Shown here: one piece after another, positions 23,901 to 38,900 of the stretch
How the letters are laid out: every line of letters begins with the position of its first letter
Position numbering within the stretch: position 1 is the first letter of the stretch
Assembly: GCF_030684315.1 (NCBI RefSeq)
Contig: NC_081363.1
Coordinates: 64,546,312 to 64,610,311, forward strand
Direction: 5' to 3'
DNA: 64,000 bases
Source: Stegostoma tigrinum
Taxonomy: Eukaryota
Made by a program: the position numbers and the translations under genes
Notes under the pieces: model-generated
Database searches by the model: none
The model's input: only the letters and a program-made list of their open reading frames with translations
What the model was told of the DNA's origin: nothing

Positions 23901-26900
23901 TACTTAAAACAGTAGATATGTTTAAATGAATAAATTCCTTTTCAATACAGCTTCCTCTTTTTCCAGTCACTTTCATAAGTCTTGGCTCAGCGATAGCCAA
24001 TCTTTACTTGAAATCGAGAGTTATGGGTTCAACACCTCTGCAAAGACTTCAGCATTTAGGCAGATTATGTAAAACAGAAGTAGTATAGCAGTGCCAGAGG
24101 TGTGCATTTTAAAAAGGGAACATGAAACTAAATCCCACCTCTGTCCTCAAATTAACACAAGACATTTTGAGGTGGCATTCAAGTATTAGATGGGAAGTTC
24201 TCATGTTAAACCTAAAACTAACAGAAAGACAGACAGAGAGGAGCTAATCACATCTCAGTCTTGAAGTTACAGAAGTGTTATGTAAGAGTAAATATTTTCT
24301 TTCTTTTGCTTTACCTAGCTCTTGCTCTCCCCTGGGCATCAAGATCCACTGTTGGAACACCCAAACGAACAAATCGTGTGAAGAGAGACTGTTCCATGTT
24401 GGAATATTTCTGGAAGGCCATGTTCTTGATGACAGGGGGTAGCTGGTGATGATCCCCGATCATTATCCAACGCTTCAGTCGACTGAAGCCATCCTCAGGG
24501 TTCTGTGGAGAACAAATAGCACATAAACGATTTCCTGGTCTCAAAGATGCTGCTAGCAACGGTGAGCAATTTTTACAATTTCAGTCATTACTTCAAGACA
24601 GGGTGTCAAGAATTTCTTCTGTATATTGTTAGTTAATTTAATTAAATCAGTTAGATAGTAAGCAGTGAGTGCCTCATTCGAACTAAGTTCAGTTTCATCT
24701 ATGAAATTCATTACAACCTTTGGATGACTGTCACTCACGTATTTAGAGTCAGGTTTACCTAAATGTGACATATCTGTAAATTCAATTTGAGGGCCGCAGA
24801 TATGAGGTGTATAATTTTGAGCTGACTTATGGGAAAAGGTAACCAAAAGAACAAGAGACCATATTACTTATCACAGAATATCAATACCAGCAATCACGAC
24901 TCTAATGTGGCAATTATCTACTTATGATAGAAAGCTTACTTGTAGGAGGAGGGGAATAAAGGTTTCAATCTCTAGAATCTGTGCAGCTTCCTCCATCAGA
25001 ATGTTGTCATACTGTCAAAATAATAATAATAATAATAATAATAATAGTTTTCTTTTCGTATCTTCAAACATCAAATTGCAACCGGTCTTCCCTCCCACCC
25101 AAACAAAACGACCAATGAGAGTACGTATTGATGCGTCAGTGTCAAGCAACAGCACGCAAGAGTCACAGTAACAGAATCATACCTCAGACACAATGTCCCA
25201 GACATCTCCATCACCATTCCTGGATACGTCCTGTCCCACTTGGCAGGACAGATGCAGCAGAAGTGGTGGCAGTGACATAGAGTTGAGAGGAATTTGCCCT
25301 GGAACTGATTCTGGACCCTATAAGGTCTCTTGGCTTCTGGTTAAACATGGACAAGGAAACCACTTCCTACTGATTACCACATACCATACTCCTCAGCTGA
25401 TGAATCAGTACTCCATATTGAACACTTGCAGGAAGCACAGAGGGTGACAAAGGAGCAAACATAATTTGCACCAGGAGTTTCAATGTCCACCATCAAAAGT
25501 AACTTGGCAGCAGCACTACTCGTCAAGGTGGTTGAGTCCTAAAGGCCAAAGCTGCTAGATGGATCTGCAGCAAGTGGGAACCAACAAGAAAAATTGAAAG
25601 AGCTACAGATGCTGTAAATCATAAACCAAAACAAACTGCTGGAAAAAACTTAGCAGGTCTGGCAGCATCCGTGGAGAGAAATCAGAGTTAAAGCTTCAGG
25701 TTGGATGACCTTTTCACAGAACTGAAAAACATACCTGATCTCATCCATATCAGCTCCAGAGCTGTCCAAGACAGTATCAGTCAGACCACTGAATAGTCTT
25801 TATGGAGATGAAGTCCACTCTTCACCTTGAGAATAACTCTCCTTCATGTTCGGTGGTACTATTAACTGTGCTAAATGAGACAGACTTTGAATAGATATAG
25901 TAACTTAAGGCTCAGCCTCCATGAGGCGCTGAGGGCTAACAGCAGCAGCAGAATTGTAATCCAGCACAACAGCATGGCCTGGCATATTCCACTTTGAACC
26001 ATTACCATCCAGCCAAGGAATCAACCCTGGTTCAATGGAGAGTGCAAGAGGGCATGCTCGGAACAGCACTAGGCATACCTGAAAATGAGGTGTCAACCTG
26101 CTGAAGATACCAAGCAGGACTCTGTGCATGCCAAACTGCATAAGCATCAAGTGGGAGACAGAGCTAAGCAATCACACAACTGACATAATTAGATCTAAGA
26201 TATGCAGTCCTGCCGTATCTAGTCATGAAAGTTGGTGGACAACGAAACAATTCCCGGTAGGCAGAGGCTTCACAAATAAACTCATCCTCAATGATGGAAC
26301 AGGCAACATCTAAGTGCAAAAGATAAGTCTGACGCATTTGCTGTCTTCTTCAGCCAGAAGTGCTGAGTGGATGATCAATCTCGACCCTCCTCCAGTGGTC
26401 CCTGTGTCAGTTACCAGTCTTTAGCCAATTCAATTCACTCCACATGATATACAGAAAAAATGGGATGCACTGCACACTGAGAAGGTATGGACCTTGAGAA
26501 AATTCTGGCAACAGTACTGAAGACACAGGCTCTAGAATGTGCTGCCTCCTTGGCCAAGCTCTTCCAGTATTGTTACAGAAGTGGCATCTACCCGACAATA
26601 TGGAAAATCGCCTAGGCGTATCCTGTACGTAAAAAGCAAGCTGGCCAATTACCATCCCATCATTCTACTCTTGATCATCAGCAAAGTGCTACCAAGCAGC
26701 ACCTGCTTAGTGATGCCCAGTTTGGGTCCCGCCAGGGGCACTCAGCTCCTGGCTTCAAAATACCTTGATTCAAACATGGACAAAAGAGCTGAATTCCAGA
26801 GGTAGGCTGAGAATGACAGCCCATGACATCAAGATTGCATTCAGCGAGTGTGGCATTAATGAGCCCAAGCAAAACTGGAATCAATAGGTATTGGAGGGCA

Positions 26901-29900
26901 AGTTCTCTGGCACATAGAGTCATACTTGGCACATAGGAAAATGGTTGTGGTTGTTGGAGGTCAGTCAACTTAGCTTCCTCAGTTACTCAGGGTAGTGTCC
27001 TCGACGAAATATCTTGAACTGTTTCATCAACGACCTGTCCTCAACATGAGGTCAGAAGTGGGATGTTCACTGAGAAATCACACAATGTTCAGTATTCGCA
27101 ATTCCTCAGATATTAAAGCAGACAATTTCAAATGCAACAAGACTGAGACATTATCCAGGCTTGGGCTGACAAGTGGCAAATAACACAAATGTCAGATGGT
27201 GACCATCTCCAATAACAGACTATCTGACCATTACCTCTGGACATTCAATGGTGTTGCCATCATGGAATCCTCCAACATCAACATCCTTGGCATCACCATT
27301 GACCAGAAACTCAACTGGACTCACCACATTAACACAGCGGCTCCAAGAACAGGCTAAAGGCTGGAAAAACAGTGGTAAGTAACTCACCACTGTGAGGTGG
27401 ATCTCTAACCACACTCAAGCTTGATCCATCCAGGACAAAGCAGCCTGCTGAACTGGCACCACATCCACAAGTGTCTACTCTCTCCACCATCAACACTTAG
27501 TAACAGCAGCATGTACCATCAGCAAAATACAATGCATAAATTAAACAAAGATCAGCACCTTTCAAACCTGCTTCCAACTACAAGGGCAACAGATAGATGG
27601 GAACACTACTACCTGCCAGTTACCCTTCAAGCTATTCACCATCCTGACGTGGAAATATATCACCGTTTCTTCACTGTCGCTGGGTCAAAATCCTGGAATT
27701 CCCTCCCCACAGCACATGGGCTGCAGTGGCTCAAGGCGGCAGCTCAGCGCCACCTTCTCAAGGGCAACTAGGGACAGGCAACAAATGCCAGCCAGCCAGT
27801 GACACTCATTTCCCACATGTGAAATAAAGAAAAACCTCCAGTCTAAACTACAGGTGTCCCTACATACCGGGTCAAGTGTTTGTTTTTACTTCTTCATTAC
27901 TTTGTTCAAAGAAAGAATCAGGCTGGAAAAATATCAACTTCCAACGCATCAGGAGATAAACTGTTCTGAAATACCTGAGTCTGTTCCAGCAATTATTCTG
28001 TTACAGGATTGAATTACTTTTTACCTTGAACCCCAGCTCTACTAGGTCATGTCGTTTTAGAGCAGCATGAGTACATGTCATGGCAATGATCTTTGCTTCT
28101 TTCACTAGTAAATATTTTGATCTGTCCAGCCCACTGCGCAGCAATTCAAAAGCTCGAAATTCCTGCAAAAATGATCAAAAAATGTAAAAAATGCACAAAG
28201 GTTTGCATTTGATTCTATTGCTGTACATTCCAATAACAATACATTGAAAATAATTAGACTTAGGTTCATCCAGACAATAATGATTGCAGTTGATGGTTGT
28301 CAATCTTCTGTACTTTCTGATTCCACTTTTTTGATACAGGCACAAAGCACACAGAACATTAGCCATAACTAAATGTTAGAAAAGAAGCTTATTCTAAAAC
28401 TGAAAAGGGTTTAAAATTTCAGGTATGTAGATTATGACCACTTATGCACAATTGAAGATGCCCTGAAAAGTGTAAGGCATGACAGACATTCATGTAATAT
28501 CCAATTTCTAAATAAAAAGGGACGTATGGTCCTTTTGGCCAAATTAAATAAACTGAGTTTTTCTTTGTGAAGCTTCAAAATATGAAAATTTTTAATCCGT
28601 TAAATGGTTATTTCACTGCAACATAGAAAGAAACCTTGCTAAAAGAATCTATCCAAATGCCACTTTATTTTCGCCATTATATACTCACCATTTTATTTTC
28701 TTTCTTTCCATTTTATGCCCTTACGCTTTAAATGTTTTGGTCTTGGCTTCGCTAACAACTACATAAATTTTCCCAACAGCACAGAGTGAGATAGTTAATG
28801 TAGGTTCTTACATATTTACCATAAGATAATCATTTCCCACATTCCTTCGTAAAACCAGTACAAAAGTATTTAAACCTTTCAACTATTTTAAGTCAGGCAA
28901 GAGATGCTGTTTCTTTCCACTGACTGTTCTTTAACTTATGCCCTTCCTTCTGCATAGACATAGGGAGCGCAATGAAAAGTCCTTTTCAGTAACTTGCTTA
29001 CTTAGGATTTTGGAAAACTTGACACTTCAGGGTTACCCCATTCGGGTTGCTATCATTTGAATGAAATATCAAACTGATGACTGCCTTATCAATTAAACTG
29101 GGCCCTTACAATATTTGAGCACTTCTGGTGACATGTTCAATATATTTCATCCAAAAAAAAGACCAAAACTAAAAATAAAGTCATTTACTTCAACTGTTGT
29201 TTGTCAAACTTTGCTGTGTGCGTATTTGTTGCTATGCTTGCGACTTCACAAAACTGTAATTCAAAAGTAAGCCACTGGCTCTCAAGTGCTTGAGAATCCT
29301 CATGAAATGTAAGGCTCCAAATATGTAAATTATTTATTTTAAATGTCTTTATTTTTATTCACAGAACCTTTACTGTACTCCTTTTATTCTAAACTGGAAG
29401 GAACTTAATCCGTATGGCATTAAATATTGTTTTTCCATTTGTCTGTTTTTAATTCATCATTTTCAAACCAGTTAACTTAGGGCTACAATAGAAATTTGCA
29501 AATTCCCAGTTCAACAACCTTTAGTTCTTCTCTTTCTTCAAGGTAAACCCAATTGGGTTTTGATCATAACTGCTCCAAGTATTATTAAATCCACCAAACC
29601 CAGTTCTGCTTTGCCACTCAGAACTGGATCTAAGACAGCACAGAAGATTGATTATGTAAACAATGATAGATGCATTCAAAGAAGCCTTCTTGTTTTGACC
29701 AGAAGCCACCATCTTTTTTAAAACTATCTTGAAATAAGATAAAGTTCTTCACTAAGTACAACACTCGTATCTTTAAGTTGATTGTAAACATCATCCATGA
29801 TAAATTATTCCTCCTATCTGATGGTCAATGATACATTTAACAAAATGGTATCAAATTTCTTATTTCTTAATACAAGAAAGATTTGATATCATCGCCAAAG

Positions 29901-32900
29901 CTCCTTTGCTATATCTCCTTTCAAATTATTAAGCATTCTTCCTTGTTTTATCTTTCCTGATCACTGCAAGAATATTCATTGTCAGACTGTTTTAGTTCAA
30001 TCTCATTACTGGTAAAAACCACTTTAATTAAATCTAAAAGTATACCATGAATGATTGTTTCAAATAAATGATGGGCTTTACCAACAAAAAAATGTTCCCA
30101 TCTTCATCACTGTGAATGCTGTATTTTTTAAAGGGAGGCCTTTGTATTTTAGTTTTTAGGATCTATAATGGTATATAATTAATAACTTTAAAGTAAGCTC
30201 AGTATGCTAACTACAAACTAAAACCAGGAGCATGACTATGATTTCATGGACTGTAACCATGATTTTACTTACACATTATGGAGTACTTAAGAAATAACCA
30301 GTAACAACCTGCAAGTACAACTAAAACTCAGACACGAGAGATAAAGGTCAGGCATTTTGTATTGTGTGAGGTGAGTCCACTTTCGATGTTTCCCATTCTG
30401 TAACTAATGCTAGAGTTAAGGTTATAAGCAGTAAACAAAACCATGTTTCTATTATTTTTGAAAAATCAGGCAATAAATCCTGACATCTTATTTACTCATC
30501 AGGTTGGAATAGGCACAAGATTTTTGGCTATTCTTACAAGTGTGGCCTACCTCCAGCTGAGTAAATATTTTATTGATGTGTCTGAAACAACCTTCAGCTA
30601 TTTCCATATCTTCTTCATATGATTGACCTTTAAAAATAGGCTGGGGTGCATTTGCAAAGTATTTATGGAATGGAAAATTCTCAGACACTGTTGTAACATC
30701 ACCAGACTTTCCACATTTGGTCTTTACTTTGCTGAGATATTCTTCCCAACGTGACATCACCTGAAAGAGAGAAAACAAATGCACTGATGTCCTCCTGCGT
30801 AGTTAGATCACAATAAACTTGAGCCTTAGGCCATACATGATAATATTGAGTCAAATATTAGAAAGAATATTCTTATTTGGAACATTTATGAATCTAAACA
30901 AATTATAGAGCAGCTAGGCAGTGTGTCACTAAGTGGCTGGAATTAATAATTACCCCAAGCTTGACCAATGGGATTTAAAAGGGAAGCAAAAGGGGTGGAG
31001 AGAGGAGATGGAATGGATGGAACAGGTATGATCACCAGCATGTATGGTAACAACTCACCAAAGTTGCTTAAACACACTTCCTACCAGTACAACAGTTGCT
31101 GGTGTAAATAACAGAACTTTAAGGATCACTAGAAGATAGCACCTAGATGTTTTCCTAAGTTACAAACCTCCTGTTTCTTCAGGTTGATCAGTCAAAAATA
31201 AGCAATGTCCAACAAGCACATCATTGTAACAACAGCATAAGGATGATCGTGACTTTAAGGGAAGTCCATCACCACCTTCTAACGGAAGCGCACTAAGCAA
31301 ATGGCAACAAATGCAATTTCAACAGTTGCTCTTAAATCCAGAGGAAAAAATGAATAAGGTCAGGGCAATGTTAGCCCTTATTTCAAGGGGGTTGGAGTAT
31401 ATGGGTGGAGTAGTCTTACTGCAACTGTACAAGGTGCTGGTGAGACTACATCTGGAGTACTGTAAGCAGCGTGATATGGAAGGATTGTCTTATGGTCAAA
31501 GGCTTATAAGTTGGGGCTCTATTCACTGGAGTTTAGAAGAATGAAAGGTGATCTCTTTGAAACATAGGATTCTTAAGGGGCTTGACAGGGCAAATGCTGA
31601 GAGGATATTTGCCCTGACGGCAGAGTTTCTGATAAAGCGACACAGTCTCAGAATAATGGAGACACCAATTTAAGACTGAGATGAGGAGGAATTTCTTCTC
31701 TCAGAAGGTTGAGTGTCTTCAGAACTCCTTTCCACAGACAGCTGTGGGGGCAGAGTCCTTGTGTCTCCTTGAAGATTAGATAGATTAATTCTGGATTAGC
31801 AGAGGAATCAAGGGTTACAGGAAAAAGGACATAAGAAATGATGAATGACGAAGCAGGCTTGGGGGTTATATTCCTGTTCATATCTTTCATGGTCTATAAC
31901 TTTTAAGATGTCACCTATCATTGCCACAAATACCAATTAAACAGAATAATGCTCAAATCTTCCCACATTTCCGATCATTGAGATTTGATTTAATTTTCCA
32001 TACTGCAATCATCTCACCTGATACAGGTAAAAATGCCCTGCTGTTTCACAAGTATATGAAACATCTCCAGGGACTCCCAGACTCTCCTGCAATCGTCCCA
32101 CTTCACGCAATAATTCGAGTCTCCGAGCCAACACGTAATTTACCCGACCATACCTATAAAGCAAATTTCAAACAAACTAGGTTGTAGTACCTAAATGTTA
32201 TTTGGTTCACAAATTAAAATCTTATATACTTATATTTCCAATATTGCATATGCATGTGGAAATATTTGTACCATATTACAATGCATGATTAGACTGTGAA
32301 ATTTGTCACATCTTAAGCATTACATATTTAATTGTAATTAGTTAATTTGAGAATGGAAAATACAAAAATATAAACAGATTCTTAAAGTCAGAAACGAATT
32401 AATTCTTCAGCACAAAGATCACAGCCATTATGCAAAAGTAATATTTTTCTACATATCCAGATACATATTCTTATTAATACATAACTTGGCTGTATATGTC
32501 TCACTCTTGACTATAGACATAAATCTCATCCTACAATTTTGGCATATAACCTAGATTGACCATCAAGCGTGTGACTGAGGAAATACTACATTGTTGCAGG
32601 CACCATCTTTCAGATGAGAAATTAAACAGGCTACTTTAGCTGCCTGCTAGTTATACAAACAGACAAACGGTAAAGATCCTTGGCACTTTTCAAAGCAAAA
32701 GTACTCTCCATGTGTCTTAGCCAGCATTCTTCCCTCAACCACTACCACCCCAAATAATTTGGTTATTGTTGTATATATTGTATTCCATTTGGTTTCCCAT
32801 ATCTTCAAGTACTAAGATCTTGTATGATATATTAGTTTACCAACTTATTCAATGTAGAACTCTGCATACGTGCAATAAACTGAGTTGTGTGTTCATTTGT

Positions 32901-35900
32901 CTGTGTTTCTAGATTTTTCTAATGTCATATGGACAAGGTTGAATGTCCAAAATGTAACAGTTGGAAATTCATTTTGTCACTACTTGTGAAATATTGCTAT
33001 AAAATGGCTGCAACATTTGTTTTCATAATAGTCACTGCAAAGAAATTAAGTCTGTGAGATGCTTTGAAGCACTTGTTAAAGAAATTACAAGTGAGTATGA
33101 AAATGTTTTTGTTACAATCAACAAAACTAAGTAAACTAAATTTTATTTGAAATTCTTTTTCCTAGCCCATAATTTTTATGCTTAAAGCATCAGTATCAAA
33201 TATTTCCACATTAAGGACAGCTTAGATGTGCTGCCCAATATGATTCAACTTCACAGTCAGCACTACACCCCTTAATAAGAGTGACATTTGCTTTGTGCCC
33301 ACAGCAGCTACAAAGAATGGGAACTTAGTGCCTTATTAGGGGACCATGGTGAAAAGCGAAATTTTATTTTGAAAAAACTAATTTCATATATAGAAAGATT
33401 CATCCCAATAATCCATACTCAATTTCAACCCAGGCCCCAGGAGCAGCAGGCCAGAATCTAACTCAATGCATCACTCAGTCTTTGTGAAATGAAATTTTAT
33501 ATAAATAGATAATGCATGAAGTAGTTAAATCTACTAACAAATTTAATGAATACAGCAAGGTGTTGAGTTTCAAGTCAGTTTTCTTGTCAGTTAGTTCATA
33601 AAGACATTGTTCCACTGGGCTAGTCACAAAGTTGCATGTTGCACTGTTTCACGTAGAGAGGATTAATCTACCACTAAAACACAATATTGTGCAGGGGTAT
33701 TTGGGTTACATTGTTAAATTAAAAACAATGTTTAATTCGTGTAAGGAGGCAAATTTGCAAACTGCAAATTTCAGAACGTAGTTTTTTTTTAAATGCTTAA
33801 ATGCATGTGCAATTAAGTGTCATACTTGCTTGCAAAATCTACAGGTGTAATGTTTTGAATATAAAAGAAGTAGATTTTTGTGTTGATGCTCATAGTCGCT
33901 TGTATATATTGCTATGTGATATGATATTAACAAGGTTATTGATTTACAATGATGGAAAACTTGAACTACATCGCAACATATTTCTATAGATATGATGCGT
34001 GTGCATATCTTTCATTTTGACAGGGAGTAGCCCATGAGACCCATTCATCAATCACGTACAGTTGAAGATGTAACTCAGGTCTACAATCAGAAGTATCAAA
34101 CACATCACGGATACAGTCACAGAAATGTACAGCGTGGAGACAGACCATTTGGTCCAACTCGTCCATGCCAACCAGATATTCTAAATTAATCTAGTCCCAT
34201 TTGCCAGCAATTGGCTCACACCCCTCTAAACTCTTCCTATTCACATACCTATCCAGATAGCTTTTAAAATGTTGTATTTGTACCAGCCTCCACCTTTCCC
34301 TCTGGCAGCTCATTCCATACATGTACTACCGCTGTGTGAAAAAGTTACTCTTAGGTCCTTTCTAAATCTTTTCCCTCTCAATTTAAACCTATACCCTCTA
34401 GTTGTGCGCTTTCCTACACTGAGAAAAAGGATCTTGACTATTCACTCCACCCAGCCTCCGAAGGTCCAGGGAAAATAGCCCCAGCCTATTCAGCCTTTCA
34501 TCTTGGAGCAAAACAAAGTTGAAAATGTAAATTCGCAGAAGTTCCAGCAACTCAGCATGACACTGGTACTATTTAAAAGGTGACTTACAATAACAAAGAA
34601 AATTACGGCACAAGAACAGGCCCTTCGTCCCTCCAAGCCTGCGCCAATCGAGATCCTTTGTCTCACCTGTCATCTATTTTCTAAGGGTTTGTGTCCATTT
34701 GCTCCCCGCCCATCCACGTACCTGTCCAGATATATCTTAAAAGTCGCTGATGTGTCTGCGTCTACTGCGTTCCAGGCACCCACCACCCTCTACGTAAAGA
34801 ACTTTCCACGCATATCTCCCTTAAAAACTTTCCTCCTCTCACTTTGAACTCATGACCCCTAGTAATTGAGTCCCCCACGCTGGGAAAAAGCTTCTTGCTA
34901 TCCACCCTGTCTATACCCCTCATGATTTTGTAGACCTCAACCAGGTCCCCCCTCAATCTCCGTCTTTCTAGGTGCAAGCTAGGTGGATTAGCCATGCTAA
35001 ATTGCCCGTAGTGTTCAGGGGTATGTGGGGTATAGGGGGATGGGTCTGGGTGAGATTCTTCAAGGGGTAGTATGGATTTGTTGGGCCGAAGGGCCTGTTT
35101 CCACACTATAGGGAATCTAAAAAAAACAATAATCCTAATCTACTCAACCTCTCTTCATAGCTAGCACCCTCCATACCAGGCAACATCCTGGTGAACCTCC
35201 TCTGCACCCTCTCCAAAGCATCCACATCCTTTAGGTAATGTGGCGACCAGAACCGTACGCAGTACTCTAAATGTGGCCGAACCAAAGTCCTATACAACTG
35301 TAACATGACCTGCCAACTCTTGTACTCCATTACCTGTCCGATGAAGGAAAGCATGCCGTATGCCTTCTTGACCACCCTATTTGCCTGCGTTGCCACCTTC
35401 AGGGAACAATGGACCTGAATACCCAGATCTCTCTGTTCATCAATTTTCCCTAGGACTTTTCCATTTACTGTATAGTTCGCCCTTGAATTACATCTTCCAA
35501 AATGCATCCACTCGCATTTGCCCGGATTGAACTCCATCTGCCATTTATCTGCCCAACTCTCCAATCTATCTATATTCTGCTGTAATCTCCGACAGTCCCC
35601 TTCACTATCTGCTACTCCACCAATCTTAGTGTCATCTGCAAACTTGCTGATCAGACCACCTACAACTTAATCCAAATAATTTAAGTATATCACAAACAAC
35701 AGTGGTCCCAGCACAGATCCCTGTAGAACACCAGGTCTCCAATTTGAGAAACTCCCTTCTACTACTACTCTCTGTCTCCTGTTGCCTAGCCAGTTTTTTA
35801 TCCATATATAATAAATGACTTAAAAACACCATTCCATGAAGGGGTAAACAATACTGTCTATCATGTCCTTTTTATACACTAGAACAGACATAATAGAAAT

Positions 35901-38900
35901 GGAAGTCAATACAGTGTGGAGCTGGAGAAACAGAGCAGGTCATTTTAGGTCCCAACCCAAAATGTTGGCTTTCCTGCTCCTCTGACGCAGCCTGGCCTGC
36001 TGTGTTCTTCCAGCTCTACACTGAATTGACTCTGACATTCAGCATCTGCAGTTCTAGCTATCTCATGAAAGAAATGGAAATTTTTTTTAAAAACACTTAA
36101 ATGAAAATGATAACAAGGAGCATTAAGAGGCATTTGAATCCACAATATAAATTAAAGTCTGGGGGAACACATAACAATTTTAATTTGGATTGCACAGGAA
36201 CGGCTTCAGTGAGGGCTGCAAAAGAAAATTTGCCTTCCTACACACACACAAAGTAACTTTGAAAGACATTTTTCAAAAATTAGACAATGAGTGAAGAAAA
36301 AGCTTTTGTGTAGTCTTTATTGCATACTTGTGCAAATATACAGACATGACTTTTGTTCAGATCCTTCATACACAGAATTAGTGAACACAATTAATGAATA
36401 TACAGTATCAATGTGCCAAGATTATAACTTGTTCCACTTATGGTGCAATGGTAGTGTGCCTACCTCTGAGTCAGAAATAGAGGCTCAAGCCTCACCCGCT
36501 CCAGAGGTCTGGAATAACATCTCGGAACATGTTGATTGGAAAATGTCTTACAGGTTCCAGTTTTCATTTTCTGCATTCTATTATTACATATTCCTTCCAG
36601 TTGCTCACCTGCTAAAATCCTTTTCAGTCTCCAACTCCTCCTCTCCGTGACCCAGACGTAGAAGGTGACGCTCATCAATGTCCAGAGCCATGATCTTCTC
36701 AAACAGCTGATTCAATGCCTGGAGATTGACAGTAACAGATGACTCAGTGTTTAGAAATGAGAACAATGCTTGAAAATAATTAACTTGCTGCAATGTGTAA
36801 AACATTTTGGGAGTATTTCATGTTCCATATGATGTTAATCTGGTTTATCAGAATTCTGTCAACTTTAGATTGAACACTTTTAGACACTCGTCACCAGAAA
36901 AATCAACTGTCATGTTTCAACTTAATACTCAGTCCAAACCTGAAATTTTACAAAACGAAGTTCGCGATAAGTAATGTTTCAAGTGTGCAAGTTCATCTTT
37001 GAAGTTAATTGGTCTTCTGTATTATTTAGCAGTCAGCAGAAAGAAATTCAAGCAACCAGAGATTGAATTTTCTTTTCAAATAAGATTTCCTCTTTCTCAA
37101 TTTTAAACATTTTTGTTCCATCTCCTTTGAATCACTCCCACTGCTCATTTTTGCTTTACGGGAGCTTTTTTGTGGGCTTTCAGTCCTTTTTTAAATTGAC
37201 AATTTACCCTCCTTAATTTTACATTAAGTTAATTCACAAATTGTGAAGTTTTCTCAGGTTACAATGTGATTCAGATAAATTCAAAGAGGTATTGCTAAAT
37301 ATACTGAGAGCTATAACTTTACCACCATTACATATGAGTTTGATTTGGTGCTGAATTGATATGGTACAATTAACTCCACTTACAATATTTACCTCCTTGC
37401 ACATGTTTAAATTTATCGAAATATTCTTTCTTCATGCAAAGTTTTTTTTTAAACTCTCACTCATTTGCAAAATGTTTCACGAACGACAGCAAGTGTGATT
37501 ATCATGTGGAAATGTTTGTCAAAATGTGATAAACAATGTAGATATTTTTAAATCAATCTGTTAATACATGTCTAAGAAAGATGGGATTTGAATCTTCTGG
37601 TCCAGAGACAGAAACACTACAGCTGCTCCACCACAGCCCTTTAGAATATTGTTGTATATTTGGCAAAAACGCAATAGAGCTCTATCACACAATGTCCTTG
37701 ACTATACAGTATTCTGTTTTTAGTTCCCTGCCTCTCAGTTCTCATGCTTCATTGAGCCAAGTTCACTTTGCTAAGAACTTAAAAATTATTCATAGTATCT
37801 GTACAATCTCTTCTTTTCCAGAAGATAACTTGCTTGGCAAAGTTTAAAGATTACACAAATACCAATGAGATTAAGGTATAAATTACAAAAGTCCAACTAA
37901 TAAGAAATTTAGAAAATCAGTTACAATAAATTATACACATAGCTTTGCTTTTCCATTCCAACTTATTTCATCACTGATTAAATAAACTTCAGATACTGTA
38001 ACAACATACTGTAAAAATATATGATTGTTTAAAATGACCCACACAATATCTTTCAATAGCTACTCGTATAAATTGAAAGAGTTCGCTTCGTCATTTGTAA
38101 AAAGCAGATTACAAATTGCAGCAACTGTTGCAAAAAATATATGCGCCTGAGGCACATGATTCTAATACGGTTTCTTGTGCAATCATCTGCTAACATGCAA
38201 CTGCAGACTGAAATTTCCCAGAATGAAAATTCATTTTATATAGCCAGTCGTCACTGATCCCGTACATATAGCATTAAATATTCAAGAATATGTATTTCTG
38301 CTTAAAAATAATTACAAATTTATAGTTGCTCGTACATTTAAAAATTAAACATAAATATTGAGAAATCAAACACTGTTTCCACTAATACGATTTAAACAAG
38401 CGTGATTTATATCCTGTATACTAAGTTAATGCTGAAATGCTACAGTCATTGTAGACTTATGATCTTTCAGTTCTGAAACAGCCTATTAATTAATTTGTTT
38501 ATAAGGCTAGGACTGAATTTTAGAAAAATGTAAAACCCCGTCACCAACAAAAGTGGGAATAGACCATGACAGAGATGTTTTACGCTACAAATTTGTTGCA
38601 CTCCCCATAGTCAGGCTGTTTATCAATAGTAAATGAAAAGACTGACTGTGTAATATTGTACGTTAAAATAACCCAAATATCAAGAACCATGTTGTGGACA
38701 TCAAGTTGGACTTAAACTGGTTCTACTTTGTGTTGTCTTTTCATTTTGATTATGAATGAATGTACAGTGTTCCTCAAATTGTACCGAATATGTGGAATGC
38801 TAAACGATCAATGGAACAGGAAATGCAAGGTACTGGTAACAGACACATTTCACTTCTTGAAATTAAAGTTATTTTTGCACCATCAAAAGGTAACTGTGGC

